Source of the DNA: Deltaproteobacteria bacterium
GTDB lineage: Bacteria > Desulfobacterota > Desulfarculia > Adiutricales > Adiutricaceae
Length of the DNA stretch: 64,000 nt
NCBI GenBank assembly: GCA_031270705.1
Contig: JAISWW010000140.1
Span: 722-64,721, forward strand
Direction of reading: 5' to 3'
The notes beneath the pieces were generated by a model. The model did not search any database. It had not been told where the DNA came from and saw only the letters and a list, made by a program, of their open reading frames with translations. Within the stretch, counting starts at the first letter, position 1, and every line of letters begins with the position of its first letter. The position numbers and the translations under genes are program-made. Positions 44,607 to 54,700 of this stretch are shown here, piece by piece.

Positions 44607-45044
44607 ATGATACAGCCAATGACGAAAAATCGCCCAGGCTTTACCCTTATAGAGATCTTAATCGCGGTGAGCTTAATCGCCGTCGGGGCCCTGGTTTCCA
44701 TAACCATGCACATGACCTCCATCAAAGGCGAATCATTCGCCGCGAACATGATTTACGCCTCCGCCATCGCGGAGACGGAAGTGGAAAGGCTAAAAACCTT
44801 GCCTTTTGGGGAGCTTCTCACGCAATCAAACGTGACGAACGACCAATTGGATCCCCTTAGCCACGCGTGCGTAGCCGGAACCGATTGCTCTCAAAATATT
44901 TTTACTAGGACGACGCGCTTTTTTCCTAAATTTCCCACGACCATGAGTTGCCAGATTGAAGTTGAGGTCAATTGGCGAGACGCTTCGGGCCAACACGCGG
45001 TTCTTTACTCTAGCGTCATTACCACAACCTCTCTTTCCTCCTAA
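44607..45044 (+). CDS. type IV pilus minor pilin, PilV-like
   Basis: RPGFTLIEILIAVSLIAVGALVS prepilin motif. Start placed at ATG 44607 or 44619 to give a short leader (the ORF is open from 44511). Confidence 0.7.
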   Translation: MIQPMTKNRPGFTLIEILIAVSLIAVGALVSITMHMTSIKGESFAANMIYASAIAETEVERLKTLPFGELLTQSNVTNDQLDPLSHACVAGTDCSQNIFTRTTRFFPKFPTTMSCQIEVEVNWRDASGQHAVLYSSVITTTSLSS

Positions 45045-45094
45045 ATTGGCTTTATGGCTGATTGATTTTTTGACTTTGAGTTTGGAGGCGACCA

Positions 45095-45745
45095 ATGCCC
45101 AATCAACTTAATATACGCGCCAAGGGCCAACGTCCTGGCATGATCATGGTTTTTGTCATCGTGGTTATGATGATCACTAGCCTTATGGGTTTAGTCATTA
45201 TGGTCAACACTAAAGCGGAAGTCACGACCTCAGGCCGCCAACGCCAAAGCATGGAAGCCTTTAACGCCGCTGACTCGGCCGCCAAAATGGCCAATCTTTT
45301 CGCTAGAGTCCTTTTGCACCCGGTATTACAGGCCCCAAACACTCTCTTAACCCCGCCGCCAACCTCTGGGCCGGCTAGCCCCATGACCGTTGAGTTCAAT
45401 AACGCTCGCTTTGATATGGAAGTTATGTTCGAGGAGTCCATACCCTTCAAATATAAATCCCGTTATCTTGAGACGGGCATGACGAGTAGCTCCCCCGCGG
45501 ATCCTCACATAGTTTTTAAGGTTGGCGGCAAGGAAGTGGCCTCGGCGGTTATCACTTTGGATAGCTCCAACGCCATCACCTCTGGCTATTCCCTAAACGC
45601 CGCTGACCTTTACGATAAGGCTGGCGGTCCCAGCGTCCCGGTGGACATGGTCGTCACCGTCAGAGGCTCCACCACCACGACGCCCGGCGACCAAGGGGCG
45701 ACTCCTCGTTCTTTAATAACAACTATTATGCGAGAATTATTGTAA
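45095..45745 (+). CDS. PilX-like minor pilin / pilus assembly protein
   Basis: QRPGMIMVFVIVVMMITSLMGLVIMVNT resembles the PilX N-terminal domain. 216 aa. Located immediately upstream of the PilY1-like gene. Confidence 0.6.
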   Translation: MPNQLNIRAKGQRPGMIMVFVIVVMMITSLMGLVIMVNTKAEVTTSGRQRQSMEAFNAADSAAKMANLFARVLLHPVLQAPNTLLTPPPTSGPASPMTVEFNNARFDMEVMFEESIPFKYKSRYLETGMTSSSPADPHIVFKVGGKEVASAVITLDSSNAITSGYSLNAADLYDKAGGPSVPVDMVVTVRGSTTTTPGDQGATPRSLITTIMRELL

Positions 45746-45772
45746 TCGCCTTTAATATATTGGAGACATATT

Positions 45773-48700
45773 ATGAAAATATTCGCGAAAGGCCTTAAAA
45801 ACCTGAGTTTAATCATCGGGCTAAGCTTTGGCGCTTTTTTGTTCGCTAATCAGGCTCAAGCCGTGTCCCCGGACAAGACTCTCTATCAGACCTCGCCCTT
45901 TATGTCGGCTTATCGGACTATCCCGCGAGTGCTGTTGATCCTGTCTAGGGACTACAAGATGTTCCAGCAGGCTTATAATGGCCTTATCGATATAGATGGC
46001 GACAATAAAATCGACACGGGCTTTAATCCAGGGGTAGTTTATTACGGGTATTTTGACTCTTATTCCTGCTACAAATTCGTGGGAACCGTCAATCGGGCCG
46101 GGGATCCTACTGGTTACTTTCAAAGGGCTGGCGCGACCACGGAGGATGAGCCTCAAACCAATCTTGATAGGATAAGAACGACCAACCTGGGCAATGATCG
46201 CGTCAAAGCCGGTCGCTCGGCGGTGGGCATTTGCCAACCTAGCCACTCTAATAGCGGTGGCGATTTTAGCGGCAACTGGCTAAATTTCATGACCGCGACG
46301 CGGATCGACGTTATCCGCAAAATCCTCTATGGCGGACATCGGATAATCGATAGCGCGACCGGCTCGAACACTATTTTAATCGGCTCGTTTGTGCCTCGCG
46401 ACTCCAACTCCTTTGGCTTTGAGGTTCTGGCTGACGACCGCTGGTCTAAAGAAACGCCCATGAGCGTGTATTATGATGTCTCCAAATATACGCCTTTTCC
46501 TAAGCCCGACGCTGGCTCTAGCCATTTCTTCGCCCGGGCCAAAAACTCCGCGGGCTCTAACAACACTAATTACCCGGTCTTCATGTACCTCCTAAGCGCC
46601 ACAAAATCTACCTTTAAATCTGGAGCTAACGTCACGGGCCTAAGCCGGTATTTTGATTGGGTTCTCCAAGAAGGCCCCAATCCCTCGGACTCCAATCTCT
46701 CCGATACCGCCAAAAACGCCATCAGATCCTATGGCGTCCGCGTTAAGGTTTGCGAAAGAGACAACCTCGGAGCCGGGGAAGATTGCCGAGAATATCCCAA
46801 TGGCAACTTAAAGCCCGTGGGTTTATTGCAGAAAAATGGCGAATCCGGGGATATGTATTTTGGCCTCCTTTCTGGGAGCTATTTCGACAACTCCACCATT
46901 TCCGCTTACAATTCCACCCGCTTAGAGGGCGGGGTTCTTCGCAATCACATTGATCACTTAAATAAATCCGTTAACCTGCAAACTGGGCAAGTTATCGCTG
47001 GTGGCCTAATCTCCAATTTGGATACCTTCGCCATTTCCTCGGTGACAAATCGTAGTGGTAGCGCGCCGTCAGAGGGTCAAAAATATGTCAACGCCGCTAG
47101 TTGGGGCAACCCAACTGGGGAAATGCTCTATGAGGGCGTGCGTTATTTCTCTAGCATAAAAGGCCCTAGCCTTAGTCCCACGAGCAAATTTTTGCCCCCA
47201 TCCGCCGAAAACAATTACAACCTATATAACTATTTCTTTACGACTGTGGCCCCATACTATAAAACTTGGACAAACCCGCCAGTCTTAGCCGCTGGGGAGT
47301 GCTCCAAACCCATAATTTTGCTAATCTCGGAAATTGATAGCGACGCCGATGGGGACACAACGATTAATTCTGGGGACGGCGGCTTGACCTCGGCCAAACT
47401 TTCCACTATCAAAAATAGCTGGGAATTGCCCAATTTTAACATGGTTAGATATCTCCAAGAGATCACCTCCATTGAAAAATTTAACCAAGGCCAAACCTAC
47501 TTTTACTCAAAATCCAAGAGCGACAACTGCTTTCCAAAAACTCTAAACACTTTAAATGACGTCCGCGGCCTGTGCCCCTACCGGCCTGGCTTTGAAGGCT
47601 CTTATAGCGCGGCGGCGGTGGCCTATTTCTCTCACACCCACAACTTTGGCTTAGGGACTCGGGAATTAGGGTTAGACGTTTATTCGGTGACCATGTCTGG
47701 ATCTTTTCCGGCCTTGGATTTTCCCATCATAAACAGCGCTGGCCAAGAAGTTAAAAAAATTACCATCCTCCCGGCTTCCATGAGCCAACAAAGCGCGATG
47801 AATACTCAAGGCCGGATCTTAAATTTTCTGAATTACTACATTTTAGAGTGGTGGGTTGACTCTAAAGGCATGCCCTATCACGTTAAAATCAAAGTCAATT
47901 ACGAAGATTCGGCTATCGGCTTTAACCCTGATTCCTCATATCCTAATTCGGATTGGGACATGGATGTCTTAATGGAGCACACCATAGATCTGTTGACCGA
48001 ATCTAGCTCCAACAAAGACGACGCTAGCAAGATCAATTTTAAAAATACCGCGACCGCCTCGGGAGCCTTGAAATCCCAAAACAAAGACTATTATAAATTT
48101 AAGTCGCAAGACGATGGCGCCTTCGCTATCTCCCCCTCAGACGTCGTGGGTTTGTCCATTAAATCTTGGAAAGTCTCCAACTCCACCTCGCAAAAGTTAG
48201 CCATGGGTTACACCATTAGCGGCACGACCCATGATGGCACCTATATGGACGTGGGCCATAACGGCGGCATAGCCACTTATGGCACCCCACCCACTTGTAA
48301 TTGGCCTAAAGGTTATGGCGTTAATTCCGCCTCGCACAATGGCACCAACTGCTTAACCGCTTTCGGCAATTCCAACCAAGCCCATAATGTGGGCGACTAT
48401 GAGTATGAGGCGGCCATTAGAACCTTCGAATTCTCCAATTCCGCTGATTTGGCCGGGGAATTCTTGCCCAACCCCTTATATTTGGCCGCCAAATACGGTG
48501 GTTTTCAAGATCTGAACTATAATGGCCAACCTGACCCTGGCGAGTGGGAAGGAGCGGACGGGAATCCCAAAAACTATTTCCAAGCCACCAATATCACCGA
48601 GCTACCCGCTAAACTGGAAGCGGCTTTTCACGACATAGCTCGCTCAATCTCCACGGGGACAGCCACCTCAGCCTCGGTTAACTCTGTTTTGGGCGGAGGC

Positions 48701-51118
48701 ATCTCTATCCAGACGGCTTTCTATCCCATGTACGTTAACCCCAAAGACTCGTCCCAAACTATCAGCTGGGTCGGCACGGTCTACGCTTTGTTTGTGGACA
48801 AATGGGGCAATTTGCGGGAAGACTCTAACAGCAATGGCTATCTAGACAGCACTGACTCTGTGGTCACTTTCACTAGCGTTAAGTATCCCCCAGATCCCGC
48901 TCCGGCTTGCTACGTTCTTGGGGCGGCTATTACCCGTTGCCAAATTAACGCCCGAAACGAAGTTTTATCCACCGTGGCCCTCAACAACATCCATGAGTTA
49001 AAATCTCTCTGGGACGCGGGCAAAAAATTGGTTAGCTCGCCAACCAATAATCGGAAGATTTATTATATAAATCCTGATTCTAATCAGATCGAGCTTTTTA
49101 ATACTGAGCCGGCGACAGTTAGCGTTCTAAAGAACTATATGGTTCACGATAATTATAAACAAATTTTACCTAGCGCTAACCCGAACGCGTTTACTAAAGA
49201 ACAGGCCACAACCAATCTGATTACATATATCCGCGGCGATGAAATCACCGACTGGCGGAACCGGACGGTGGCCAATCCTTGGAACCCGTCTAACCCCAAC
49301 GACAACATTGTCTGGCGTTTAGCCGATATCATTAACTCCAAACCCGTCATAGTCGGCCAACCACCCTTTAACTATGACCACCTTTATAACGACAAATCTT
49401 ACGCCACCTTTAAAACCACTAAAGGAGCCAGGCGTCAGGTCGCTTATTTTGGTAGCAATGACGGCTTTTTGCACGCCATTGACATGGGTCATTTTGGCTC
49501 TTTGGCCAATGGTCAGGTGGGTTACTATAACGGCGACCTTGGCCAAGAATTGTGGGCCATCATTCCTGGCTCCCTTCTGCCGCATTTGCAGTGGCTAGCC
49601 GATCCCGCCTATATCCATTCATATTATGTGGACATGAAGCCTTTAATCGCTGACATTAAAGACAATGGCCAATGGAAGACTATCCTCATTTGCGGCTTAA
49701 GGCTGGGCGGGCGTCCCATTCAGAAGCCCGTCGACTTAGGCGGCCAGCCCAATCAGTATTCCGAGATCTTCGCCCTAGACGTCACCGATCCCAACGCGAC
49801 GCCAACCCTATTGTGGAATTTTAGCGCCGCCGAGCTAGGCCTTTCGGTGGGTCTCCCGGCGGTGGTCACCAGCAATGGCAAGTGGTACGCGGTTTTGGCT
49901 AGTGGCCCAGCCACTGATTTCCCCAACTCCGTAGGCGATTTAACTTTTGGCGTAAAGTCCCCTTATGATGGCTATAGCTCGCAAAAAGCCAAACTCTTCG
50001 TTTTAGACGCCACCGATGGCGCTCTGATTAAAACTTTAGAAGCGCCTGAAAATAATAGCTTCTTTAACGAGCCCTATATCCCGATTTCTTTAAAGAGGGG
50101 CAACAATGGGTCTTGGAACGACGAGACCATCTATTATGGCCAAACTATTTCGCGCGATTCCGATTGCTTGGATAAAGGCGGAGTTTACCGGCTCCAGATG
50201 ATCCAACCAGACGGAATCCCCTTGCCGGTCAACCAATGGCAGTTAAGGCGCTTTATCTCCGTGGATAAGCCGGTTACTGGCGCGGTCAACTCCTCATTAG
50301 ACAGCAACGGCAACCTGTGGGTAATTTTTGGGACTGGCCGCATGTGGGGCTTGGAGGACATAACTCCCTGCTCTTCGGCCACTAACGTCGCCGCTTGCCA
50401 GACCAACCATGAACAGTACCTGTATGGCGTAAAAGAAGAGCTGGCCAATGGTCGGATGACCTTCGCCGATCGCTCCGACTTAACCTATACCCTAATTGAT
50501 GTCTCGCAAGCCGAGGTTTTTGAAAATGGCTCCGTGACAATCAGTAACATTACTGGTATCTATGACTACAACGCTATAAATGATCGTCTTAACCTTAACT
50601 CCACCTTAGGCTACAAGAGACGCTTTAATCTTTCCGAAAGGCTGACTGGCTCCACCTCTTCCAACGAGATAGCCACTACTCCAGCTAGGGTCTCCAACGT
50701 TGGCTCGGGCAACTCTATTTTAGCCATTACCACCTATGAGCCCAAAGTCGAGTCTTGCGGCGATTATGGGCAAGGCTTCATGTACGTTCTCGATCCTTTT
50801 ACCGGTCTGCCCTCGCCCTTCTTGGCCAAGGCCTTTAAGTCATCATCGACCACCACCCCGCCCGTTCCCGGAGCGCCTCCCCAGCCTATCACCGGCGGGG
50901 TATCCACTGGCTCTGGGCAACCCTCGGCGGCGAGCTTGGTTATCCTGGGCGACACGGTTATCGCTCGAACCTCGACCACGGAAAACAGCATCGTTGACGT
51001 ATCCGTTACCACGGATCAAAAGATCAGCGATAATGTCATCTCTTGGCGAGAAGTCTTTAACGCTGGCTTTGAATTGTCCCAAAACATGATGACCGACGAC
51101 GTCGTCATTCAACCATAA
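45773..51118 (+). CDS. pilY1: PilY1-like type IV pilus tip adhesin / assembly protein (very large)
   Basis: 1781 aa. Signal peptide MKIFAKGLKNLSLIIGLSFGAFLFANQAQA. The PilY1 hallmark YFGSNDGFLHAIDM (49448-49486) opens a beta-propeller-like C-terminal region. EF-hand-like loops DIDGDNKID (45989-46015), DSDADGDTT (47336-47362) and DSNSNGYLD (48821-48847). Confidence 0.8.
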   Translation: MKIFAKGLKNLSLIIGLSFGAFLFANQAQAVSPDKTLYQTSPFMSAYRTIPRVLLILSRDYKMFQQAYNGLIDIDGDNKIDTGFNPGVVYYGYFDSYSCYKFVGTVNRAGDPTGYFQRAGATTEDEPQTNLDRIRTTNLGNDRVKAGRSAVGICQPSHSNSGGDFSGNWLNFMTATRIDVIRKILYGGHRIIDSATGSNTILIGSFVPRDSNSFGFEVLADDRWSKETPMSVYYDVSKYTPFPKPDAGSSHFFARAKNSAGSNNTNYPVFMYLLSATKSTFKSGANVTGLSRYFDWVLQEGPNPSDSNLSDTAKNAIRSYGVRVKVCERDNLGAGEDCREYPNGNLKPVGLLQKNGESGDMYFGLLSGSYFDNSTISAYNSTRLEGGVLRNHIDHLNKSVNLQTGQVIAGGLISNLDTFAISSVTNRSGSAPSEGQKYVNAASWGNPTGEMLYEGVRYFSSIKGPSLSPTSKFLPPSAENNYNLYNYFFTTVAPYYKTWTNPPVLAAGECSKPIILLISEIDSDADGDTTINSGDGGLTSAKLSTIKNSWELPNFNMVRYLQEITSIEKFNQGQTYFYSKSKSDNCFPKTLNTLNDVRGLCPYRPGFEGSYSAAAVAYFSHTHNFGLGTRELGLDVYSVTMSGSFPALDFPIINSAGQEVKKITILPASMSQQSAMNTQGRILNFLNYYILEWWVDSKGMPYHVKIKVNYEDSAIGFNPDSSYPNSDWDMDVLMEHTIDLLTESSSNKDDASKINFKNTATASGALKSQNKDYYKFKSQDDGAFAISPSDVVGLSIKSWKVSNSTSQKLAMGYTISGTTHDGTYMDVGHNGGIATYGTPPTCNWPKGYGVNSASHNGTNCLTAFGNSNQAHNVGDYEYEAAIRTFEFSNSADLAGEFLPNPLYLAAKYGGFQDLNYNGQPDPGEWEGADGNPKNYFQATNITELPAKLEAAFHDIARSISTGTATSASVNSVLGGGISIQTAFYPMYVNPKDSSQTISWVGTVYALFVDKWGNLREDSNSNGYLDSTDSVVTFTSVKYPPDPAPACYVLGAAITRCQINARNEVLSTVALNNIHELKSLWDAGKKLVSSPTNNRKIYYINPDSNQIELFNTEPATVSVLKNYMVHDNYKQILPSANPNAFTKEQATTNLITYIRGDEITDWRNRTVANPWNPSNPNDNIVWRLADIINSKPVIVGQPPFNYDHLYNDKSYATFKTTKGARRQVAYFGSNDGFLHAIDMGHFGSLANGQVGYYNGDLGQELWAIIPGSLLPHLQWLADPAYIHSYYVDMKPLIADIKDNGQWKTILICGLRLGGRPIQKPVDLGGQPNQYSEIFALDVTDPNATPTLLWNFSAAELGLSVGLPAVVTSNGKWYAVLASGPATDFPNSVGDLTFGVKSPYDGYSSQKAKLFVLDATDGALIKTLEAPENNSFFNEPYIPISLKRGNNGSWNDETIYYGQTISRDSDCLDKGGVYRLQMIQPDGIPLPVNQWQLRRFISVDKPVTGAVNSSLDSNGNLWVIFGTGRMWGLEDITPCSSATNVAACQTNHEQYLYGVKEELANGRMTFADRSDLTYTLIDVSQAEVFENGSVTISNITGIYDYNAINDRLNLNSTLGYKRRFNLSERLTGSTSSNEIATTPARVSNVGSGNSILAITTYEPKVESCGDYGQGFMYVLDPFTGLPSPFLAKAFKSSSTTTPPVPGAPPQPITGGVSTGSGQPSAASLVILGDTVIARTSTTENSIVDVSVTTDQKISDNVISWREVFNAGFELSQNMMTDDVVIQP

Positions 51119-51146
51119 TCAAAAAAAAGCCTAAGGGCGGATATTA

Positions 51147-51177
51147 AAACGGGGGTCTAGACCCCCGTTTTTTTATG
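51147..51177 (+). terminator. rho-independent terminator after the PilY1-like gene
   Basis: aaaacggggg-tctaga-cccccgtttt followed by more T residues. Confidence 0.75.
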
Positions 51178-51653
51178 GTCATCTACCGCCTCAGAACTAA
51201 ATTGAAATGGGCCTTCTGGAAATTCCGCGGATCCGGATTTTCGGCGCGTCTTTGACCGCCATGACCGCGCTCTTGAGGCTCAAGCGGCGAGAACTGAAAT
51301 CCCTGATGAATGTCAAGCCATTTGTGGATTAATATTTGACGAGATTTGCCAATTAAAAAAGGAAGATCCGCAAAAAACCAAAAACCTTTGTCGAGGCTTC
51401 CAGTTAACCCCGTTGAAATGTTATTAACAAAAAAGCGGCGTAACTGATCGTATCAAATTATAGACATAAAATAACTAAAAATTAAGTCCTAATTGAGGCC
51501 AAAATAGTTGTAGCAAGTGTCGTTGGGAATTAGCTTCCAACTCACCGCGTCAAGTCCGCCAATAGCTACCCGTGTTCTGGAGATAACTCTGGATGAACCG
51601 CGCTTAGACCCGCCAAAAATTCTAACTAATCGGGTTCGGGGCAATATATATTC

Positions 51654-51685
51654 AAAGGCCCGAATCCTTTGGGATTCGGGCCTTA
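51654..51685 (-). terminator. rho-independent terminator after the alpha-2-macroglobulin gene
   Basis: ggcccgaatcc-tttg-ggattcgggcc, 11-bp stem. On the minus strand it is followed by tttgaatatatatt. Confidence 0.65.
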
Positions 51686-51777
51686 ATTTAATGATCTAGC
51701 CACCAAACTTTTAATTTTAAGCTGGTTGGAGCCCGCTTAATGGCCAACTAGCGTAGGCTATCCTCTTCTCTAGCCTC

Positions 51778-54700
51778 TTACCTATCTTCCTCCTTAGCCT
51801 TCTCCCTGGCCGCCAAATCGCTGAGCTTGTCTGACTCCTCGTTTTCTTTGGGGACGACCCGCACGCGCCCTGTGACGGTCATGGCCCTTTTGTCTGGCTC
51901 ATACATGCCCTCAGCCGAAGTGGGCGGCAAAACAAACTCGCCTTCGGTCACCGCCCTAAGCTCATACTCAAAAGAATAACTGCCTGGAGTTAAGCGCGGA
52001 ATAATTAGAACCAAGCGATCCTCGCGAATCTCGGCTCGCGACCCATAAGAGTTTTCGCCAGGGCTAACTATCTCTAGACCGCCAGGCGCCAGATCCATGA
52101 TTACCACGTTTTGCGCCTCGACCGTGGAATTGAGCTTTAAGCTAACTTTTATCTTTTGCCCTTTAAAGACCTTTAAATCCTGGGCCGTTTCGGAAATCAA
52201 GACCTCCCAGGCCGGCGCTAACCATCTCTTTTCCAAAGACAGGCCCACGGCTAAAGGCGCGGGCGGCTCGGTGGGAACGCCCGAAACAAGCAGATTCCGC
52301 CAAGGCCGCCCCTGACCTTCTATCTCTAAAGTTAAAGGCCCATTTAAAGCTTGGATAAAGTCCGGGCCCTTAAAAGTGGTCATTTCCGAGTTGGCGCCTT
52401 GGCCTAAGGCTTTTCCGGCGCTTGATAAGGTGGCCACATAGGGCTCGGTGACTTGGGTCTTTTTCAGGTAATTGGCTAAAGCCAAAAGAGCCATGGCGTT
52501 TTCTTGCGTGGAGCGCCACCGGTTATTGGCTCCGCTTTTGGCGACTCGCTCGGCCAAATCCCGGGTTTTAGTGGATAAGGGATCCACATTGCCCCAAACT
52601 AGCAATAACAAGGCCTCATTGCGGGCTTGACTCTCAAGGCTTGAGCGAGCGCTGGCTAAATCGGAAAGAGACAAATCAAACCCGGCATTTTCCAATTCCA
52701 AAAGGGCCCGCGGATGCCCCTCTTTTAAAGCTATGGCCCCGCTCAAAAAGATTTTGGCCGAGGTGGGCAAAACATTGGCTCTCTCCAGTAGGGCGTTGAT
52801 CCAACCATCTTGATAATCGCCATTTAAAGCCAAAACATAAAGAGCGTAGGCTTTAGTGGCCATAAGATAAGCCACGCCCTCGTCGTAGGAATAATCGTTG
52901 GCCAGGTAATTGCGAAAATAGCCTAAAACATCTTCCAATAAATCCGGGGGCAAATTGACGCGTTCTTTGGCCTCGGTTAAGAAGTGAGCCGCGTAAGCTG
53001 TCCCCCACTCATAAGGCTCGGTTCCGCCTGGCCACATGGCCAGGGAGCCTTGGTGGGTCTGGGTGGTGGCTAAACGCTTAATGGCGGCGTTTAAGCCATT
53101 GGTCACCTCTATCTCCTCCGCCTGGCTTAAAGTTCCAAAGTCCGCGGCTGTCAAAAATAGCCAGGCTTTAGAGACGGTTTGCTCTAAGCAGCCATGGGGA
53201 TAGTTAGATAGGTAATCCTTGGCCCTATTGGCTTCCACCCAAGGCCCAGCGGCCAAACTGAGGCTACCCATGATAGTGCCCGGCCAAAAACCTTTTAGAT
53301 CAGGAATGATTTCTTCTTTAGTCGAAGTGACGGGTCGGCTCGTAACGCGCGTGACCCGCGGAAAAGGCGGCCTCACCACCGTGGTCGCGGGCTGGACAAA
53401 TGACTCTTCGCCCACCGTTCCGGTCACCAAAAGCTCGGCAGGCCCCACGGGATCGCCCTCCGCGCTAGTCGCCTTTAAAGTGAGCCTTAAGGTTTCTGAT
53501 TGGCCAGGCGTTAAATCGAGGGTCATTTGGTTATCCACAAAACCAGGGGCCTCGACGACGCTTAAAGGGCCTAAAAAGTTTAGAGCCAATTTAGCCTTGG
53601 TCTTCTCCGCCTCAGGATCCAAATACACCCGGATCGTGGCCACAAACTGATCGCCTGGCGCCAAAGCCAAGGGCAAAGAGGGCTCAATGACTAGATCGCG
53701 GCTGATCCGGAAACTCTGGTTATAAAGGCCAAACTGATTATCCGCGCTGGCCACGACGGATAAACGGCCTTGCCCGCTATACTCAGGCAGTTTTAAGAGG
53801 GCTTCCCCAACTCCACTCGGGCCTATGGGGATAGTGGCTAAAAAGATCGATAAGGTCTCTTGCCTTCTTTGAAAGGGAGAAAAGAGCCCTCCGCGCTCAT
53901 CCCCACCGCCGGGAGCCAAAAAAGGCCAATTTCTTTCTAAAATCGGTAGCAATAAGTCGCGACCGTGATGAAAAAAGCTAGCTAACCTACGGCTTTGGCC
54001 AAAAAAGCGCGAAGGATCCGGGATTTCATAGTTAGTTAAGGATAAGATACCCTCGTCCACCAAGGCCACCGTGACTTCCCCGGCTTGGGGGCGGCCTTGA
54101 GAGTTAGCGAGGTGGATCTTAATGGGCGTTTCTTGGCTTGGCTTTAAACGCTCCGGCTCATCGACCTTGACGGTCAATCGCCGGGGCGAGCGATCCATTT
54201 CCAAAGAGACGCGGCCCAAGGCCAAAAAGGGTCCATTGGGCCCAACTGGCCGAGCCAAAGCCGCGGTGAGGTGAGCGTTATTGACCACCTCTTTGGGAAT
54301 GGGTAGCTTTATGGTCGCGGTTTGGTTTTTCAGGGAGATAACTTTATGCCACAAAGGCTTATCCGTCTCCAAACCCAACCATAACGTTCCGTCAAAAGGA
54401 GCTTTAATTAGAACCTGGGCCGATTCCCCAGTTTTGTAGGACTGTTTGTCCAAAGTCAATTCCACGGTGTCTTCGGGCGCGGGCTCTTGGGCGATGACTG
54501 ACTGGTCAGCCTCGGCCAAGCCCTCGACCTTAAAGCGCCGGGTCACGGGAGCTAATTCTTCTCCCGCGAGTTCTTCCGCGGAAGAACTCGCGGGGCTAGC
54601 CGCTATCTGGTATAAACCCGGCTCGCTCAAAGTCAGCTCCAAAAGGCCCCGGCCTTCTTGTAGCGGGACGTTCCCGCTAAAAACCTCCAGCAATTCCTCG

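Noticed and set aside
51207-51332. 41-aa ORF (MGLLEIPRIRIFGASLTAMTALLRLKRRELKSLMNVKPFVD) in the convergent gap after pilY1
   Set aside because: It has no RBS and no recognisable family, and it lies downstream of a strong terminator. It may be a gene remnant, but I cannot support that.
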